This document shows, one piece after another, positions 49,601 to 63,500 of a DNA stretch of 64,000 bases. Both the position numbers and the translations under genes were made by a program. Origin of the DNA: Azolla caroliniana (Eukaryota; Plantae; Polypodiophyta); contig JBHGNT010000007.1 in NCBI GenBank assembly GCA_043228905.1, positions 15,252,001 to 15,316,000 on the forward strand, in the 5' to 3' direction. Within the stretch, counting starts at the first letter, position 1. Each line of letters begins with the position of its first letter. Under the pieces are notes generated by a model. The model was not told where the DNA came from and ran no database searches. It worked only from the letters and a program-made list of their open reading frames with translations.

Positions 49601-51870
49601 AAATGCTGGAATATGAAGATGATAACTTCGACCACAACAAATCGACTCATCCACTTGATAGTGAGTTCAATGTCTTTGATGTGTCTCTTTCGAGTTTACC
49701 CGGAGTTGAGAAAGCACTCACATCGGCAAATGAGAAACTCTGTCACTCCACCTGAGAGAAGAATCCGGTTAGCCGATTTGGCTACAACGACTATATGGCA
49801 TACCACTATGCCCTTATGATGAAGGTGGCAGTAGTTCGAGAACCGGAGAGCTTTGCCGAAGCCACTAAAGATCTACGATGGATCGAAGCGATGAATGAGG
49901 AGATGCAAGCTCTCAGCAAGAATGAGACATGGGATCTCATCCCTCACTCACCACACAAGAAGGCAATCGGTTACAGATGGATACATAAAGTGAAGTATAA
50001 TGTCGACGGTTTCGTCAACCGCTACAAATCTCAACTCATAGCAAAGGGCTACGCACAAACACATGGCGTCAACTATGAAGACACCTTTGCCACGGTGGCA
50101 AATATGACAACCATGCGAACCGTGATAGCGCTTGCAACAATGAAAGGGTGGCACCTCCACCAGATGGATGTCAAGAACGCTTTTCTTCAAGGCGAATTAG
50201 AAGAGGAGGTGTACATGGTACAACCACCTGACTTCGAATCCAGCTTTCATCCGAAAGACATCTGCCGACTCAAGAAGCCTCTCTACGGCCTTAAGCAAGC
50301 ACCACGTGCTTGGCACTCGAAGATAACACAATATCTTCATCGAATCGGATTCTGAATGTCAAAATCCGACAATTCTCTCTATGTAAGAAAAAATTCCGAA
50401 AGTCTGATCGTCATCATCCTGTACGTGGATGATCTGGTCATTGGAGGTGAGCATCTAGTCGACATCAACAAGGTTAAATCCCTCCTTTCCAACAAATTTG
50501 AGATGACGGACATGAAAGAGCTCCACTAATTCCTTGGCATCGAGGTAATTCAGACTCCAGTTGGGATTATGATCTCCGAACGGCACTACATTCTCAACTT
50601 GTTATACAAGTTCGGGATGACTGAGTGCAAGTCTATGGCAACACCTCTTGACCGAAACCTCAAACTAGATGCCAATTCAGGCACCACAGACTGTGAGCCG
50701 ACTCAATATCGACAACTGATCGGTAGTCTTATCTACCTCACGATCACTCGACTAGACCTGAGCTATCCGTTTGGCCTTCTTAGCCAGTTCATGCAAACAC
50801 CACGAGATATCCATTTGGATTGTGCTAAGAGAGTGCTACGATATGTGAGCGGAACGATGGACTATCATGGCATTCTCTATAAGTCGGCCACGCCAATTCA
50901 ACTCGAGGGGTACACAGATGCTGACTGGGTAGGCTACAAAGCCCACCGACGATCAACCTCTGGTTTCATCGTCTCCCTCGAAAGTGGAGCCACCTCCTGG
51001 AGTAGCAAGAAGCAACCAATTGTCCCTCTTTCGAGCTAAGAGGCTGAATACAGGGGCGTGGCGATGGTTGCATGTGATGCTATATGGCTCAAGAGGATAT
51101 TAAAGGATCTGGGTGTTCCCATCAAAGATCGAATTCGCCTTTATTGCGACAACATGAGCAATATTTATCTGGCTCGGAACTCGGTGTTCCACGCACGCAT
51201 GAAGCATATCGATGTGCACTATCACTTCGTTTGAGAGCGCGTTCAGGCTGGCGATGTCGACCTTCAACATGTCACCACGAATCTTTAGACAACTGACATC
51301 TTCACCAAAGCCCTAGGAGCCGACAAGCTTCGGCAATTCCTGTCAAACCTTGGATTGACGGTCCTTGACTTGCCAAGCTTGAGGGGGAGTACAAGCGAAA
51401 ACCGGATACTGTCCGAAACGGATATGAGCCGAAACGGACATCAACCGTAGTAGCCGACCAAAGGGGAGCTTGAGGGGGCGTGTTGAGAATCAAGCTCAAC
51501 CTAGTCTAGTGTGTGAACACACCCTTGAGAGTGTGCACTCAAACGTCAAAAGTCACCACTCTTATCTGTACATTAACTATGTGTCATAGAATCATATTCT
51601 ATGACACATACTAATGAGTTTTCACATTCCCCATGACTCATAAGCTTCAGTAGTTAATGAAGAGAGAGAGTGGCTATATAAAGCACTCTCCTCCTACTTT
51701 GCAATTAGGTCAATTAATCTCCTTTGTAATATACATCTTCTTGAGTATTGTATTGTTGTTCAAAATCTATATTGTGTTACTCTCTCTCTCTCTCATACAC
51801 ACACACACACACTCAAAACACATATCTCTAGTCTATTCTGCAACACAAGAATCACCATCGATTCTTTATA
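46606..51870 (+). mobile_element. Full-length Ty1/Copia element J
   Basis: LTRs 46606-47000 and 51481-51870; TSD ATCTC/ATTTC; PBS TGGTATCAGAGC 47001-47012; PPT GAGGGGGCG 51472-51480. Confidence 0.95.
47156..51392 (+). pseudogene. J polyprotein gag-PR-INT-RT-RH, disrupted
   Basis: WFVDSGASNHM; LWHKR..H...CEACQFGK; SDVWGP; QQNGVAE; HQMDVKNAFL; LYGLKQAPRAW; LYVDDL; YTDADW. Copia domain order. Confidence 0.93.
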
Positions 51871-54800
51871 ATTTCCAAGATCTCCTTCTCTAATCATCAG
51901 TTTTGGGAACATTGCCAGTATGGCAAATATATAGCCGCATCACATCCGACATTAGCACCGAGAGAATCAAGTCCACTCAATTTGGTCCACTCGGATCTCT
52001 ATGGTCCTATGCCACATCAGTTTCTTGGAGGTGCTTGGTATTTCGTTAGCTTTATTGACAACTCGATCCGAAGGTGTGGGCTTATCCGATCAAAACTAAA
52101 GATCTAGTGTTCTCGATTTTTTCTTATTGGCTCGACATGGTACAAAACTAGACTGCTCGAAAACTAAAATGCCTTCGAAACGATAATGGAGGATAGTTCA
52201 GATATGAAGAATTCCTCAAATTTTGCCGATAGTGCAACATTCAACGTGAATATACGACACCACATAGTTTGGAGAATAATGGAATTGCCGAGCAGATGAA
52301 TCAGACAATTCAAGAAAGGATAGTTTCCATGCTCCAACACTCTAGACTGTCAACTTTTGGGTAGAGGCACTTCTTACGGCAGTACACATTTTCAATATGT
52401 CGCCGAGTACGCCTCTAGGACTTCGAATACCTCAAGAATTATGAACCGGCAGTAAGCCGAATTATGACAAATTGAGGATTTTCGGATGCGAGGCGCACAC
52501 CCTCATACCGAAAGAGGATGGCAGCATGTTGGCCGGTGACCGGAGTATGAAAGACAAATGGGGGATGAGTCGGAAGCGGAACATTAAATAGGGACCGATG
52601 GATCCAAAAGAGTTGCACCGATCCGGATCCGGACCAATTCGTAACCGGTTACCAAGATGGCACCATTTTGTAAACAGAACTAGATGCCTATAAAAGGCTC
52701 CGGAGAACGATGTATTAAACGACGGAATTAATATACGTAAAGAGGTCTTGGGATTATTGTGTATCTACTTACTTTCCGTTCTGTGCTTACTGTACTATCT
52801 TACGCGTGTGACCAATCCGTATATGTTGTTAATCCAGAACCGATCCGAAAACAATCGGATAAAGCTATAATTGTGTCAGAAGCATTAACCCCATAACCAC
52901 CCCCTTGTTGAAGTGATCCAAAAGGACACCCTATATTACTAGCTAGTCTAGCCTAGGATTAACACAATTTTGGCGACCACGATTCCTGTAGAGGGTAGTG
53001 AACATCGGGCAATGCATGATTAGACCGACAAACGGCCCAATCACTAGACGAGCGAGAGGACTAGTCGAGAGACTACGGAGGCGGGAGGTGGGAGGCTTAC
53101 TAGCAGGCGACCGAGGAGATTTGGTAGGACTGGTCTTTTACCGGAACGATTTGGCGGGTCGTGGAGGAGTCAATCCGGTTGCTAAACCAACAACAGACCG
53201 CCGAAGGCAGTAGCCTAACCAGTTTACAGAAGGCAGAATCCATACTGCAAGCCCTTGCCAGAGGCGCCGGCGAATCAAAGGCCTTTTCTGCCTTTTATTT
53301 AGTATCGAACGACGAGCACTGTGTGCAGTCAAACTATCGAAGCAGTTACGATGCTCCAAACAAACCCGAGGAAGACGGTTCAGAGCACGAACCAACACCA
53401 AATTCGGAAACAACATTACCCACACTGCTAGCCCACAAGACAAACCAAGACCAACAATAGGAGGGAACGGTGGAGCACGGAACAATGCCACCATTGAACC
53501 GCCAAGCCGAGGAAAAGACAATCAAATACCGACGCCACCCCCAGCGCAACCTTCTGAAGAAGACATCATGCCGTACCCATACTCAAAGTACCGAGATGAC
53601 CCCGATGCGGAATCCCACGTGTATGCCTTCTTGCAGACATGGGAAGTTGATCATGTCTCGCCACGGTTGATGGATACAGAAGCCAAATGTACCAAGATTG
53701 CGGAATTCGGCATGACACTAGAAGGAACGACAACATGGTGGCATGCAAAGCACCTGCTCGGTAGCTTTGTCACATTCGACGCCCTCAAAACTAAATTCCT
53801 GCGATTGTTCCACTGACAGGTAGAATAGAGAGAACTGGTCGGCCAATTTTACATGACGTATCAGGAGTAGTAGGAAACGCTTCCACAATTTATCATCTCG
53901 TTCCAGGTGTTACACAGCCAGCTAACATGAGCACCTCTAGAAGATGAGGCGAAGTCAGTATTTTTGGCTACACTCCGGGAACCCCTCCGAACAATGTGTG
54001 CGGTACTGAATTTCCGGAGCAGCACTATGGATCAAGTCATTGACAGGGACTTGGAGATGGATAAGGGCAGTACCTTGATGTCCATGGGGCGCTCCAATGA
54101 GCGCTTCCTAAAGAAGAAGATCTTCGATTTTGCCCATCAGTGCAATGCACAACGTGCATGAACCCAGGATATTCCACATTAGAATGCACAATGAGGAGGC
54201 ACTGCATGCTATGCCACTCCCGATCACATACTATGGACTAGTGTGAGTATAATTGGTTAAATCAACAAGCGGCACCAGTCCGACACATTCAGCCTCAGAG
54301 CGAGCAACAACTAGAGGAGGAACGGTTCCGGAGGGAAAAACGATATCGACCAGAAGGAAGGGACCGGTATGATGACAGAAGATGAGAGGACTGCGACCGA
54401 AACCGCAACTACTGACGAGGGGAAGACTACAATCGAGAGCGTTACGATCGCGACTACTCCCAAGATTATGATCGAAGGAGAAATGACAGAAGGTACCTGA
54501 AACGGTGAGAGTGCCTAGATTAGGATGCACGGTAGTCGAAACACCAAGGGCACTAGAACCGTAAGGGTAAGTATCGCCGAAAAGAATGTCAGGAACTGGC
54601 CAACGAGTACTGACGGGAACCAGGAACAAATGCAGCCAGGGTACAAATAGAGCTACGGAGGATGAAAGAGAATAACCGGATACCTTCCGGTATGCTCCCG
54701 GCAACATCCGGAAGATGTACTGCTATTATTGCCGGAAGGAGGGACATTACAGTAGCCAGTGCCCGGTCATGACCAATGAGAAGCAGTCAACACTAAACAT

Positions 54801-55827
54801 GGTAACTGAGGAGGTGATGGATGTTCAACAAGTAACAACGAGATTCAAAAGCAAAGCTGCCGAATGGGAGACCCAGGAGGCCATAAGGAAGCAAGCCACC
54901 AAATTGATACAAAAAGCTGGTTTTCATATGAACTCAAGCTCAACTTAGTATTACTAATTTTTCTTATATCCGGTTAAAAAACCTTTAAACATGAATTCAA
55001 TACATTGTATGGAATTATGATCAAAACTCTGTTTTTTACATCTACTCGATACAACATATCGAGTTCATGTTTAAAAATATTATTGTTTTTCAAATAGAAG
55101 AGGTTTTTTAAACATGAACTCAAATTATACTGAAATCTATGTTTTTACAAGAGAAAATGATGCATATCGATACTGCAAAGATGTATGTTGCATAACAAGA
55201 TACCTTATGGTGAACATGTGCATCATTGATTAACAAAAAACCATTAATAATTGTGTTGATGGTAATTGAACCTTGCAAATGTCATTTACATGGTCTAAAA
55301 AGTATTCTTGTGGTTCTCAATGACCACTTCAAGCACTTAATGTTGATCGTCATAGTTTGGTTCATCTACAACAGAGAAACATTTTTGTGGAACAAAGGAT
55401 GACGACACGAGCATAACTCAGGTGACAAGGAAACTTGGAAGAACTCAAGGTGGGAATATTAATAACTCACATGTGATACCAGTATCAAGGTGTTTTGTGA
55501 AATGGCAAAAAAACCCCCAAAATCAAACGGAATATTCCTTATCCTTCCAGTTGTGCGCAATCCTTCCACTTGTGAACGCGAACGTGTTCAAAGTGAAAGA
55601 ACAGATTAAGCCTCCAAAGGAACCATTACGGAGCACGGACAACAAACCCACGTGCAGGCGTTACAAGAGTGCCAGATCATGTTGCCCCTAGGCCACCTCT
55701 TGCAATTAGTTCCACGATTCACGGAAGGACTTCAATCGGTGGTAACATCACCAAACCCGGAGCCGGCACTAGCATTCTTCTCCAACCCAGAGGAAGGACC
55801 GACAGTAGTGGACACCAACAGTCCGTC

Positions 55828-57547
55828 TATCAAGGTCATACCAAGCGCGGACTAAGAAGGAGCACGGATGATGAGGCTACGACGGAGCGATGACAGAATG
55901 ACACAAGAGCATAAAGATAGAGATGAAGATTAAGGAGAGAAGATGGGTGAAACGAGAACACTAGATTGATATGTCCATGTTTGGCGTTGTTCACCTTGAA
56001 TTCCTTTAAGGTGAACTCAACTATTTATACTAAGTGGGATGCATACCTGTTGCACGCATGTGATACAATAGAGCATGTAGGCAGTAGGAACCCATGCATG
56101 TGCCAAGTGTAAATAATAGAAGGGAGAAATTATGCACATGATGCTAGCTAAAACCTACAAAGAGGAAGTATATACATGATTATATGTTAGATGTGTAGTT
56201 AACACATAACACTCGATTATAACTTGGTCATGTCAAGAGTTCGAATCTTGACATTATCCCCCCTCCAACGATGACTTCCCAAATCGTTTGTCAACTTTAG
56301 GGGATATTGTTGATGAAAATCTTAGATCACCTCAAAAGTATTTTGTAAATCCTAGACAAGGAGTAACCCTTCCACAAGACGAGGTATTTAACACCAACGG
56401 TCATGAGCGACCATGTGTGGTCCTCACGGGGAGCATGAACACCAAGGGGCATGAGTAAACATGTGGGGTCCTTGCCTGGAACTGGAACACTCCTCGCTGA
56501 GAGTTGGAGCACGAACACCAACAAGCGTGAGCAACCATGTTGTCCTCACCAAGAAATGGAACATGAACGAGTGAGCGACCATGTGGCCCTCACCGGGAAC
56601 AAGAACACGAATAGGAGTAATCGACCATGTGTGGTCCTCACTGGGAACTGGAACATGAGCAACAATGGGCATGAGTGACCATGTCGGTCCTCACCAGGAT
56701 CTAGAACATGAACAATAGTTGGAGTGAGTGACCATGTGCGGTCCTCACCGGAGACTAGAACACGAATGGGAGTGAGAGACCATGCGGCCCTCACCGGGAA
56801 CTCGAACACGAACGGGAGTGAGTGGCCATGTGTGGCCGTCACCGGGAACAGGAACATGAATGGGCGTGAGTGACCATGCGGCCCTCACCGGGAACTCGAA
56901 CACGAACGAGCGTGACCGACCATGTAGCCCTCACTGGGAACTAGAACACGAACACCGATGGGAGTGAGCGGCTGCGCACCTCACCGGGAACTGGAACACG
57001 AACACAAATGGGAGTGAGTGGCCTTGTGTGGACCTCAATGGGAACTGGAACACGAACACCAATGGGAGTGAGCGGCCTTGTGCGGCCCTCACCAGGAACT
57101 AGAACACGAACACGAACGGGAAAGAAACTAAAAAATAGAGACAATGATGAGGAGAAACTAAAAGCCAATGAAAATGATGAGAAGAAACTAGGAGATAGAA
57201 ATGGCGAGGAAGATAGGAAATGAAGCGATGTTGATGGTGCTATGGTGACGATGGTAACTCTAGAAGCAAGGGCAATGACGGACACGGGTGATACTTCTAG
57301 TTGGAAGTTGAACAAACTGTCAAGGACACACCAAGCGCAGACTAAGACGGAGCACGAATGATGAGGCTACGACGGAACGACACAAGAATGACACAAGAGC
57401 ATAAAGATAGAGATGAAGATTAAGGAGATAAGATGGGCGAAACGAGAACACTAGATTGATATATCCATGACTGGTGTTGTTCACCTTGAATTCCTTCAAG
57501 GTGAACTCAATTATAACTTGGTCATGTCAAGAGTTCGAATCTTGACA
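55828..57547 (-). mobile_element. Non-autonomous chromovirus derivative K with internal minisatellite
   Basis: LTRs 55828-56253 and 57318-57547 (latter internally deleted); TSD CCGTC/CTGTC; minus-strand PPT GGAGGGGGATAA at 56254-56265; chromodomain relics KYLVLWKGY and DFHQQYP; no gag/pol recognisable. Confidence 0.88.
56400..57120. repeat. Minisatellite, roughly 14 degenerate units of ~45-54 bp
   Basis: Recurring CCTCACCGGGAACT(G/C)GAACACGAA...GGGAGTGAG(C/T)GACCATG. Confidence 0.9.
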
Positions 57548-60500
57548 CTGTCGATAATGATTATCATAAAAGGGAAAGAGATAACCGGGACAATTGTGGA
57601 TGGAGGTTCTGGAGTAAACGTGATAAACCAACAAACCTGCGACACCCTTGGTATTAGAGAGTGGGAACTGTGCCCGTTCTGGCTGTGAATGGAGGATACT
57701 AGTTCGATTCGGCCAACCGGACTCATCCATAACTTGGAGATTACAATCGGTGGGCATGCATTCCAGATATCCGCGGTAGTCCTGCAACTCAACGCACAGG
57801 GAGCTTATCCCCTGCTATTAGCGAGACCATGGCTAAAGACGGCGCATATAAAGGAAAATTGGTATAAGAACGTCATTACCTTCCAAAGAGGAAAGATGAA
57901 AGTGCAGGTACCGACCCAACCATGCGCGGGTACCAATAAGGAGTTGACACCGCTAAACACAAAAGAGCATAAACATGTTCGAGGGATTGGCTAACGATGA
58001 AGTTGACCGGTACCTAGATGAACATCCGAAGATAGTAACGCTATTTGAGGTAGATATTGCCGAAGCCGTCACACCGTACGTCGTGCACTCAGAGGAAGTA
58101 TTTGACGAAACGTATTAGGAAGCTATCCAGGAACTACAACAGGCATAGGAATCGCTAGAATGGGAAATGGTGGTATCTCAACGAGTGAATGCATCTCAGT
58201 TAGAAGAGGTGGATGTTGGTACCGATGGTGTGCTGTAACTGGTGAAAAGGGAGGAGAAAAGGGCAATGATTGAACTGCTCAAAGAATTCCGAGATGTGTT
58301 CACTTGGTCATACGAGGACATGCGAGGATTGGATCCCAGATCAACCTTACCAAGGACATGAAGCCCGTGGCGCAATGACGTTACCTGATGAACCCAAACT
58401 AGTTAAGGACAAAATTGATAAGCTGTTGAGAGTCAGTTTCATACGATCGGTAAAACAAGCAACCTGGCTGAGTTCGATAGTCGTTGTGCCAAAGACAAAC
58501 GGAAAGATTCGGGTGTGTGTGGACTACTGAAAGCTGTATGCCGTCACGGTGACGGACACGTTCCCACTGCCATTCACGGACGGGGTGTTGGATGCGGTAG
58601 CCTGTCATGAGGCTTATAGTTTCTTGGACGGATTTAGTGGCTATAATCAAATAAGAATGCACCCGACCGATCAGGAGAAGACCACATTCGTTACAGAATG
58701 GGGAGTGTTCGTTGCGGTGGTAATGATGTTCAGATTAAAGACGGCACCGATGACATTCCAGAGGATTTTTATGGAAATATTCGGAGAATATATTCCAACA
58801 TTCATGCAGGTCTTTTTGGATGATTTTACAGTGTATTGTCAGAAGGGAGAACATTTGGACCATCTCCGGATGTGTCCGGAGAAGTGTCGGGGATCCCGAT
58901 TAAGCTTGAATCCGACAAAGCATGTTTTCGAAGTAACTAGCGGGGCACTGCTTGGACACATCGTGAGTAGGGATGGAATCGTTGTCGACCCGGACAAGTG
59001 ATAGAGTCCTGGATGGAATCCGGAGATGCAGGTGACAAAGTCCGGGATGAGTTCCTAGATGCGGAGCTATTCAAAGTCACCGTGGAAACGGTAGGGGATG
59101 AGAAAGTGGCAGGTGAGGATAAATGGCTCACCGACATGCATCAGTTCCTAAGTAACGAACTGCCTCCGGAAGAGCTAAGCTAGGATGAACAAAAACGGTT
59201 GGTGGTCAAAAGTCGCCATTTTTGCTTAATATAGATACACTATACCACAAGGGGGTGGGACGGAATCTAGTGGTGCGTGGTAAGGGGTGATGAAAAGGAA
59301 GTGATTTTATGAGAAGCCAACTGCGGCGTTGCGGGAAGCCACTATGCTAGAGACGTCGCCGCCCGAAAGATTTGGAGAAGTGGGCTATGGTGGCCAACAA
59401 TCCTAAAGGACTCGATCCGGTATGGTAAAGAATGTGATCTCTGCCAAAGGATGGGTCAACCCACAGAACAAGCGCAGATGCCCCATCAACTCGTATTGCC
59501 ACTAAAACCTTTTTAAAAATGGGGATTGGCTTTCATTAGCCCATTTAAGCCACCGGCAATGCGAATGGGAAACCGGTACATCATCGTCGCAACCGACTAT
59601 TGCACAAAATGGGTAGAAGCGAAAGCACTCAGAGATAACACTGTAGCATCAACATCGAAATTTTTATATGAATACATATGGTGCCGGTGTGGATGCCCGA
59701 TTGAGCTGATCAGCGACCAAGGCGGTAATTTTCTAGGGCAAGTAGTGGAAAGCATGACGACGCTCTACGTGGTAGTGCATAAACGCAACACGCCTTACTA
59801 TCTGTAGGCGAACAGATTGGTGGAGTCCACAAATAAAACGCTCCAAAATATTCTCCGAAAGATCTTCAATGAGAACTAGATAGACTGGGCATACCGGCTG
59901 ACTTACAAAACAAGTATCCGAACGACACTGTTCTTGTTGGCATTCGGATTGTAGGCATTTATGTCTATGGAGTTCCAAATTCCCAGCTTACGGATATCGG
60001 TTCGGGAACGGTTAAGCGCGAAGGAATCGGAAAAGATCCGGTTGGCAACATTGTGCGAACTAGAAGAACGCTAGATAGCTAGTGTGTTGCAGTTGGAGCT
60101 CGAACAACACAAGAAGAAAGCTTTTATGGACTGGAAGAGACGAGGAAACGAGAAAGAATTCCGCATTGGCAAGCCCGTGTTAGTATTCCACACCCAGATG
60201 GGCAAGATGTCGGGAAGTTGTGGTTTCGGTGGACCGGACCCTTTTGGATGACGAAGGAATTCAAGGGATCTTATCAACTAGGCATGCTAGCTGGCGAGGT
60301 GTTGGCCAAATGGATAAATGGTTTCCGGCTGAAACCATACAAAGGCCCGATGTCGGAGAATCCATTCAAGCAATCGGAGGAACAACAAGTTCCGAAAACC
60401 GCTGCACTTCCGTCTACAACAGAGCTGGTGTAGTTAGGCACTAAAGACTAACTAAACGGTACCTAGTATGGCCAAGTATTTCAGGCCGTACAAGAGCAGG

Positions 60501-63500
60501 ATTAAAAATAAGAAATATCATGCACAGTAGCATGCAGAGAAAAAATAAAAATAATAAAAAAACATGCAAAGTAGCATGCACAGAAAATAATTATTATAAT
60601 AATAAAGAGGTACTATTCAATATGATGAACGACCATTAGGAAAAGGCGTGACGACAGGCCATTTAAAGCACACCCTTTGTCACCATCATACTATTAGGGT
60701 ACACTATGTGCAAGCACGAGATTCAAGAAGTGGTGGCTATTAGAAATGGGGATACAAAACTTCCAAAATGGCCAAGGATTGTCATTTCAGGAGACAAGGC
60801 TTTTGAGAGCACAATAGAGCACACAGGTTAGCGGAAAAGGACATGCAATTACCCAAGCATTAATAGGCAACCGTAGCAGCACAACCGGCGAAGAAGACAC
60901 AACCGACGAAGAAGATTGGTTCAACAAACATGGGTTGGAAGGGTTTCTCCGGGTAGCAGATGCGCCACCACACGAAGAACCGGAAAAGATTGTAGCAAGG
61001 ATTGACCTCGAGGAGATATCTGAGGGCACCGTCCAAGCTCTCATCGGGTTACCGGCCGGAGGACTATATTCCATCAAGAACCCCTCCATAGAAATCCTTA
61101 CCGAATACTTCGGGGAGTACTCCATCGCCAATAAGCATACAGAACACAAGCCGGCGAGAATCCTTTGTTAAGGGAGGTGGCTCGTGATTTATTAGAATAT
61201 GGATTTGTGCATCCTCGACCACCGGCCATGCCAAAGAATAGGGCCGGATTCAATGGCCTCAAGATGGATTGGTCCGTAATTATAGCCAACTCTCTATGAG
61301 CAGCAATCGCATCCGTACTGGACGGGAAGAAAGCATGGTGTGGGTTAGGCTAGTGGCTAACATTACTGGTACCCCCAACACCGGCAATCAAACCGAAGAA
61401 GTAGACCCAACCGGAAGTTAGACCAAATAAGGCATCCAAACGGCAGCAACTCTGTCCAAACACAACCTCCGATGGACGTCGAGAGAATCGTCTCAGCAGG
61501 AACTGCAAACGACCCATGAGCAAGACTTGGTGGAGCTAGTTCTGGAGAAAATGCCAAACCAATCAAAATCAAGTTGTGTCGGCAGGACAGGTTTAGAGAC
61601 ATGGACGACCTGGTCCGGAGGGTGAACCAAGAAACCGCGGAGGAAAAGGGTAAAGATGAACCAGCCAAAGTCCTTCAACGTCCTGCAAGGAAGCACAAGA
61701 TAGAGCAGTAGGGGGAAGGATCGAGTCCGGAGTAGGATAGTAACCCGAAGACCCGCTCAGCTGAGGTAGAACCCAGGACGGAAGTAGAGCCGGTAATAAG
61801 ACTAGAAGCAGTGACAACGGTTCAACATGAACCTGTTACAACAAAACTTACCTCACTGGGTCTTCAAACGCAACAACACAAGGAATGCCATCCGGAGGAG
61901 ACACGGGAACCGTTGAGCCAAGGGCTTAGAAAGGAGCACGAACCAAGACTGAAGCCAGGACAACAGTTTGCTGACCTTACACAACACGGAACATGCTACC
62001 AATGGGTAAAATGGCTCGGAGAGCAAGTATCCGGTGTGGCCGACCGAATGGAGGACGAACAACGGCAAGTCAGAAGTTAGGTTGAACGGTTGCTAGCCAC
62101 AACCAAAGAATTAGAGAAGGCCCGAGCACAGATCCAGAGCCTGGAGGAAGAGTTGAAAAGGACCAAGGAATACGTGGTCATCATGGTTAACATGGGCCAA
62201 CAAAGTGCAGTAACGGAGCCAGTGCCACCAGCTAATCTACAAAAGGAAGCTCCGAAAACGGATGCACAATCGGTGGTTGATGCAGCCCCGGAAAAAGATG
62301 CTCAGCGGGAACAGGAAATGTTAACCTTAAGGGAGGAATTAGCCGCTCAAGAATCATTGCACGCGAGAGAGAGAGTGCAATAGCAGACAACCGAAGATGA
62401 GACGCGGAGAATAGAAGAAAATCTCTAGAAAAGTCACGCAAACAACAACCAGCTAAAGGAGGAAAGAAAAAAATTGCTGCAGGAGAAGGATAAGCTCTGG
62501 AGAATGGTAGAGACAGAAATAGAGCGGTTGAAAGAAGAAATCCGACACCAGAATTAGAGCACTACCATATAAACCAGCGGCTAAAGCAAAAAACAGAGGA
62601 TTTTGATAAGTTGCACTAGGACCAGAAGCAACTACATGACGAATATTGACGACAACTCAGTGGGCTGGTGGACTCAATGGTCACGACAAGCGGCGGAATT
62701 ACAGGTCCTCTGAGTAGATGCAAAAAACCGGAAGAAGGCCATTGACAATTTTTACAAGATGGATGAAGAAAGTATTGTCACTATCTGGGAGGAGTTAGTG
62801 GATGATTTCATTGCCTTCGCCGGAGCTCAACTTGAAGCCGTCAGGAGGCTGATAGAAAAGACTTAATGATGATCAACTCGGAACACAACTTCATCTTGAG
62901 CAACTCAAATGGGAGCACCGAAGGCTAGAAGCAGGAAAAAGAACGGTGGAAATAAATATAAATGATGAGGAGTAGACTGTGGAACTGCAACCGCAATAGG
63001 AGGAGCTGCTAAATAAAGCTGAAGGTGAACAACCAAGGGAAGCTGGTACAAACCAAAACAACATGATCGGGTCGGAGGAGTGAACAAGAACCGGAAATGG
63101 AGAGGATACTAAAACTGACACAAGAACGGAGATGGCTCAACCAGAAAAAACTGATAAGGATGCCAAAACTGACGCAAAAACGGAGATGCCTCAGCCAGAA
63201 GAAACCGGTAAGGATATCGAAACCGACGCAAGAATGGAGATGCCTCATCTGGAAGAAGCCGGTAAGCAAACAAAAGGTGTCGTAGGAGCAACAATAACTA
63301 GAAGAGTAGCAACAGAACAAAGAACCACTCAAACCCCTAGACCAGAGCATATTGGACATACTCGACGAGGATTAATGGGCCACCTTGTGGGTTCGACGTA
63401 CAATGTACTGTCCCATGGGCACGCCATGTGTTGGCCGGTGATCGAAGTATGAAAGACAAGTGGGGGACAAGTCGGAAGTGGAACTTAAGTTATTAACATT

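Noticed and set aside
56400-57120. CRISPR-like appearance of the repeat array
   Set aside because: Units are degenerate head-to-tail repeats without unique spacers; eukaryotic context, no cas genes.
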